DNA of 50,151 nucleotides from an uncultured Mycobacteriales bacterium (GTDB taxonomy: Bacteria > Actinomycetota > Actinomycetes > Mycobacteriales > CADCTP01), in the NCBI GenBank assembly GCA_902805565.1, contig CADCTP010000001.1, positions 1 to 50,151 of the forward strand. Reading direction: 5' to 3'. Of this stretch, positions 46,337 to 50,151 are shown one piece after another. The translations under genes and the position numbers were made by a program. The notes beneath the pieces are model-generated. The model had not been told where the DNA came from. It saw only the letters and a program-made list of their open reading frames with translations, and ran no database searches. Positions within the stretch are counted from its first letter, which is position 1, and each line of letters starts with the position of its first letter.

Positions 46337-46908
46337 CCGCGGTCAGGCGCACCCGGCGCGGTGTGGTGGTGTCCTTCGACGAGGTCGAGGCGTCGCTGCT
46401 GCGGCACCTGGTGGGCGAGGTGCGGGACCTGCTCACCGACGGCGAGGAGGACCTGCTGCCGGCGGTGCGCACCGGCGGCGGGGCCGGGCTGCCCACCGAC
46501 GCCGAGCTCAGCGCGCTGACCGGGATGGCCGGCGTGGTCGACGCGGAGACCCCGGACGACCCGGCGCTGGCCCGGCTGCTGCCGGACGCGTACCGGGACG
46601 ACCCGGACGCGGCCGGGGAGTTCCGCCGGCTGACCGAGGGGTCGCTGCGCCGGGACAAGGTCGGGGCGGCCGAGCGGCTGCTGGCCACGCTGCCCGACGA
46701 CGGGCCGGGGGAGGTGCGGCTGGACCCGGAGAACACCGAGCTGTGGCTGTCCACGATCAACGACGTGCGGCTGGCCCTGGGCACCCGGCTCGAGGTGACC
46801 GAGGACATGGCCGAGCCAGACCCGGAGGACCCGGACGCCCCGGCGTACGTCGTCTACCTGTGGCTGACCGAGCTGCAGGGCGTGCTGATCGAGGTCGCGG
46901 ACGGCTAG
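46333..46908 (+). CDS. DUF2017 family protein (Rv1332-like)
   Basis: [37 protein letters not shown]; GTGA overlap with clpS. Confidence 0.88.
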   Translation: MTAVRRTRRGVVVSFDEVEASLLRHLVGEVRDLLTDGEEDLLPAVRTGGGAGLPTDAELSALTGMAGVVDAETPDDPALARLLPDAYRDDPDAAGEFRRLTEGSLRRDKVGAAERLLATLPDDGPGEVRLDPENTELWLSTINDVRLALGTRLEVTEDMAEPDPEDPDAPAYVVYLWLTELQGVLIEVADG

Positions 46909-47489
46909 GGCGGGTCGGCCGGGACGACCGACCGGCGGTGCGGGTCCCAGTACTCCAGGCCGGCCTCCTCGAAGCGCTGCTCCAGCGCGTCCAGGCCCTG
47001 CTCCCGCGCGTACGCCCGCTCCTGGGCGGTGATCGGGATCACCCACCGGAAGCTGACCAGCCGGTCCGGCAGCGGCAGCGTCCACAGCTCGTCGGCCAGC
47101 AGGTACGGGTTGGAGACCAGCAGGTGCCCGCAGCCGGACCCGGGCAGCCACGGCTCACCCACCGAGACGGTGTCCCCGACGGCCAGCTCCTGCACGCCGT
47201 GGAAGTAGACGACCATCGCCAGCAGCTCGACCGCGCGCAGCGTCTTGAACGGCGTGACCAGCACGAACTCCGACCCGTCCGGTCCCTCCCGGGACGCCGA
47301 GGCGCCGCTGCTCACGTGCAGCCAGAGCCCGCCGCGGGTCTCCGGGTCCACCCGCAGGACCCGGACGTTCGGGGCGGACATGGCGTCCGTCCGCCAGCCC
47401 TGCACGACCACCCGCTGGCCGGGAAACCCGTGCCGGAGGTGCGCCTCGATGGCGGTCTGCGCGTCGACGTCCGTCCCCGGTCCCACCAT
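46905..47489 (-). CDS. Suppressor-of-fused (SUFU) domain protein
   Basis: W.HVSSG.S, EFVL, GDTV..GEPW..GS, F.W.IPIT..E......G..ALE..F, D..R.SV. Confidence 0.75.
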   Translation of the reverse strand: MVGPGTDVDAQTAIEAHLRHGFPGQRVVVQGWRTDAMSAPNVRVLRVDPETRGGLWLHVSSGASASREGPDGSEFVLVTPFKTLRAVELLAMVVYFHGVQELAVGDTVSVGEPWLPGSGCGHLLVSNPYLLADELWTLPLPDRLVSFRWVIPITAQERAYAREQGLDALEQRFEEAGLEYWDPHRRSVVPADPP

Positions 47490-47534
47490 CGACACTCTAC
47501 GGAAGGCGGCGGCCGGCGGCGGTAACCTGACCAC

Positions 47535-47942
47535 GTGCTGACCCTCGACCGGCAGGTCGTCGACGCGATCGTGGCACACGCCCGCCGGGACCACCCGGAC
47601 GAGGCCTGCGGGATCGTGGTGGGGCCGGTCGGGTCCGACCGGGCCGAGCGGGTGGTCGAGATGACCAACGCGCTGCGCTCGATGACGCAGTACGAGTTCG
47701 AGCCGGCCGAGCAGCGGAAGGTCTACCGGGAGCTGGACGACCGGGACGAGGAGGTCGTCGTGGTCTACCACTCGCACACGGCCACCGAGGCGTACCCGTC
47801 CCGCACCGACGTCCGGCACGCCAGCCAGCCGCAGGCGCACTACGTGCTGGTCTCCACCCGGGACCCGGACGACGCGGAGCTGCGCTCGTTCCGGATCGTC
47901 GACGACGTGGTGACCGAGGAAGAGGTCCGGATCGCCGGGTGA
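47535..47942 (+). CDS. mec: CysO-cysteine peptidase (JAMM/M67 metalloprotease)
   Basis: EACG and YHSHT...YPS..D JAMM motif; upstream of cysO and cysM. Confidence 0.92.
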   Translation: MLTLDRQVVDAIVAHARRDHPDEACGIVVGPVGSDRAERVVEMTNALRSMTQYEFEPAEQRKVYRELDDRDEEVVVVYHSHTATEAYPSRTDVRHASQPQAHYVLVSTRDPDDAELRSFRIVDDVVTEEEVRIAG

Positions 47943-49232
<1,290 letters not shown>

Positions 49233-49305
49233 GCGGGGGCCCGCGTGTATCACGGGTACGGGCAAGTCCGACCTGCGCCTACCAACGGGTACATTGCTCA
49301 CCCTC

Positions 49306-49569
49306 ATGGCCGACATCAACGACCGCCTCCAGCGGATGCAGAAGCGGGACGAGCTCACCCGGCGCGTCCTGCAGCAGCGCGCGCTGCCGGACTCGGTCAC
49401 CGAGCTGGGCGAGGACTTCGTCGAGGTGATCGAGGCGGTCGTGCACGTGATCCGGCGGCAGCCGGGGGCCGCGGTGATGATCGCCCCCGGTGACGGCCGG
49501 CACGGCAGCGCCGTGGTCCGGGTGGCGGAGCGGGACGGCGACGTGGAGATCGCGGTCGTCGCCGGCTGA
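49306..49569 (+). CDS. Small hypothetical protein (87 aa)
   Basis: High GC3 and protein-like composition; GGGTAC hexamer at 49287-49292. No family recognised. Confidence 0.6.
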   Translation: MADINDRLQRMQKRDELTRRVLQQRALPDSVTELGEDFVEVIEAVVHVIRRQPGAAVMIAPGDGRHGSAVVRVAERDGDVEIAVVAG

Positions 49570-49577
49570 GCCCGCCG

Positions 49578-50151
49578 CTATTTCGGGACGGCGCAGGCGG
49601 TGTCCGGGCGCGGCCGGCACGGCGGGCCGCCGGGGCCGGTCAGCGCGGGCCCGAGCGCCCGGCCGGTGCCGTCGAGCACCGTGACGCTGCGGACCGTACG
49701 GGTGCCGGGGACGACGGCGGCAAAGAAGTCGGCGCGGCCGTCCACCGGGGTGCCGACCGCGGCCGCGGTGACCGTCCCGCCGTCGTCGAGCAGGATCCGG
49801 ACCGACGCCGCCGCCGGCACGGCCACCCCGACCAGCCGGGTGGCGCGGACGGCGCCCGGCTGCGACGGCACGGCCGCCCAGCTCGCGCCGGTCCCCGCCC
49901 AGGTGTCGAAGCACAGCACCTCGTCGGGGCCCAGCGCGTCGTCGGAGACCACGCAGCGGGCCGAGCCCGCGCCGATCCGGACCGCGCCGGTCCCCCAGGC
50001 CGTCCCGTCGATGACGCCGGAGCTGACCGGGAAGACCGCGGGGTCGGGCCCGGGGGTGACCGGCGAGCCGGTGACCGCCGGTGCGGGCGGGGCCGAGGCG
50101 GCCCGGGTCCCGCCGTCCGCCGGCAGCAGCAGCAGCGCCGGGCCGGCCAGC
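49578..50151 (-). CDS. 3' part of a hypothetical membrane or secreted protein (starts beyond the window)
   Basis: The frame stays open to the window end: hydrophobic stretch, Pro-rich linker, then a beta-rich domain with four Cys. Confidence 0.6.
   Translation of the reverse strand, partial: LAGPALLLLPADGGTRAASAPPAPAVTGSPVTPGPDPAVFPVSSGVIDGTAWGTGAVRIGAGSARCVVSDDALGPDEVLCFDTWAGTGASWAAVPSQPGAVRATRLVGVAVPAAASVRILLDDGGTVTAAAVGTPVDGRADFFAAVVPGTRTVRSVTVLDGTGRALGPALTGPGGPPCRPRPDTACAVPK

Overview
A 50 kb chromosomal window from a very high-GC actinobacterium, with about 50 genes. I see no rRNA, tRNA, CRISPR array, prophage or IS element. Conserved blocks: an IdeR/DtxR-boxed Fe3+ binding protein, DUF4032 facing malEFG plus an ABC ATPase, acdS, pta, hrpA, ligB, ctaD-serB, and the mycobacterial-type pncA-pncB / clpS-DUF2017-mec-cysO-cysM region. 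Best leads for undescribed biology: (1) a histamine-N-methyltransferase-like MTase divergent from a coupled PhyH dioxygenase + second MTase; (2) a LacI-controlled GH43 glycan locus that includes a PhyH dioxygenase; (3) an orphan solute-binding lipoprotein translationally coupled to ACC deaminase; (4) an intact but catalytically eroded ACT-ACT-HAD SerB homolog; (5) smaller oddities: a GAF/HATPase mini-gene, a stand-alone c-di-GMP-enzyme N-terminal-like domain, a DSDGDG repeat protein, a SUFU gene inside the cysM cluster, and divergent leaderless genes with overlapping -10 boxes. All family calls come from motifs read by eye, not database searches. Many start codons were moved downstream of the ORF-track starts.
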